Positions 62,720 through 64,000 of a stretch of DNA of 64,000 nt are shown one piece after another. The notes under the pieces are model-generated. The model saw only the letters and a list, made by a program, of their open reading frames with translations, had not been told where the DNA came from and searched no databases. Each line of letters starts with the position of its first letter. Position 1 is the stretch's first letter. The position numbers and the translations under genes were made by a program. The DNA comes from Laetmonice hystrix (taxonomy: Eukaryota): assembly GCA_965235115.1 (NCBI GenBank), contig OZ249437.1, positions 27,404,001-27,468,000 on the forward strand, given 5' to 3'.

Positions 62720-63700
62720 CCACTCATGATCCCATGTTTACCTCTATGGTATTTGATGGGGCAGTAGTCGGTCTGGAGAGATAGGCAGTTTTTATCTGTC
62801 TTTGAGAACGTAGATCAAGCAGTTGTTTATCTCAGGCCACGTGTGCTGTAGAAGATCACCCGAGGACAAGGAGAGGGAAGAAGAGGGATGGCTTGAACAA
62901 GTTCACGGGGATTTACAAGGCAGACACAGTCTCCTTAGTTGGTGCAAGGATCACGGAACAACAGCGAATGTTCCAACATGTCCAGAAGGTCATGAAGTGC
63001 GAGTCAAGGTGACCGATGAAATACGAACACTGCGCTTTATGGTTCTGTTTGTGACGCGGTGTAGAATAGATGTAGAAAATAACGCCATGTAAGGTCACGA
63101 TAGACGCTGTAAAGGTCAGTCTGTGAGACGTCGTCTTGGTGCTGAATGGCCACGGAAATCGAAACTCCTCCGGGCGCGAAATGGAAACACATTCCGACTG
63201 CCGGATGGGGATAGATGCAGGCAGATCGGCTAAAACCTTCGCCTTTGCTTACATTTTTTTTCGGCCTCATGTGATAGAATAGACAAAAAACATATTAGCG
63301 TATTTTTCGTCCTCATTTATATAGGTGTCATGGGTATAATCAGTGGCTTTTATTTCAGGCTGGTCTAACGTATGCCTTACGGTGTGTGCTATACGACTTA
63401 ATCTCTTTAGAATGCACGGCAGGCACTTACTCAAGTCGCCTCTACTCCTCAAAGCATACATCTTGGTGGCTAGCTTGTCGGGCTGGATTAAATTGCTTTC
63501 AGTCTGTGTGGGACATGACTGATGGGGCAAACAGTGGACCGGAGCAGGCGGGTATAGAGGCGCGCCGTAAGTTGGAGGCTGCAGTCAGCCATGGTTGTCA
63601 GGGATGGGAACGGCGTCAATCTGTGTTCATTGATATACGAGTAGGGTGCAAATCAGGAGGCGTTAGGACGCCGCGGGCAAATCACCTTGTCTGGTGCGTC
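62720..63700 (-). mobile_element. CR1-like LINE 5' part (endonuclease start, possible ORF1 relic)
   Basis: Minus strand DLYSVYRDL ~ GYxVYRxDR (~63105), preceded by a PHPAVGMC ~ PDII..ETW-like stretch. Confidence 0.3.
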
Positions 63701-64000
63701 GGCGTGTACAGCTGCAGGTGAAGGGGTCTATCACTTTTAGCACCTGTTATAGGATTCGCTGAGGTAGTTTGGTGGCCACCACTTGGTGAAGTGTGGTTGT
63801 GCAAAATGTAACCTGCCTGCAAAATATCTGAATATGGTAGTGTTTGCCCCTAGTCAGATCACGTTGTAACGTGTTCAGCTTCACCCAGTCAGTGCAAATT
63901 ACATGTTTTCCTAAGTTCGTGTGAGGGTGGTGGAAAATTTGGTTCTAGACAACATCTTAAAGAGGAGCTCACGTGACGTCACAGGCAGGACCCGGCGCCA

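Larger units (their letters stand above)
12272..64000 (+). other. Intron of the MPDZ/PATJ gene (5' donor at 12272; 3' end not seen in window)
   Basis: Perfect AAG|GTGAGT donor. I did not find the expected next exon (xDGRLxExDQILAI) on the + strand by eye or in the ORF track. Confidence 0.7.

Overview
This is animal (bilaterian invertebrate) genomic DNA; a V-SINE and the repeat types suggest a mollusc or other lophotrochozoan, but the taxon is only inferred. It contains one clear protein-coding exon, the first coding exon of an MPDZ/PATJ-family gene (+ strand, 11646-12271, L27 domain plus first half of PDZ1, phase-2 GT donor at 12272). I found no next PDZ1 exon, so the remaining ~51.7 kb appears to be a single intron. 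Almost everything else reads as decayed transposon sequence recognised by eye from broken motif strings: about ten CR1/L2/Rex-type LINE fossils (nearly all antisense to the gene), three Ngaro/DIRS-like retroelements, a Gypsy remnant, a Penelope-like remnant, several MITE/foldback elements and one tRNA-derived V-SINE. About 15 unrelated, homogeneous tandem arrays (units 18-102 bp, ~8.4 kb in total) often sit inside those fossils. Boundaries of TE fossils are approximate. I found no CRISPR array, prokaryotic operon or intact novel protein system. The most notable signals are a near-complete minimal hammerhead-ribozyme fold behind a GIY-YIG relic, satellites apparently amplified from retroelement coding sequence, a 146-bp-arm palindrome and a cluster of CTCF-like motifs around the exon.
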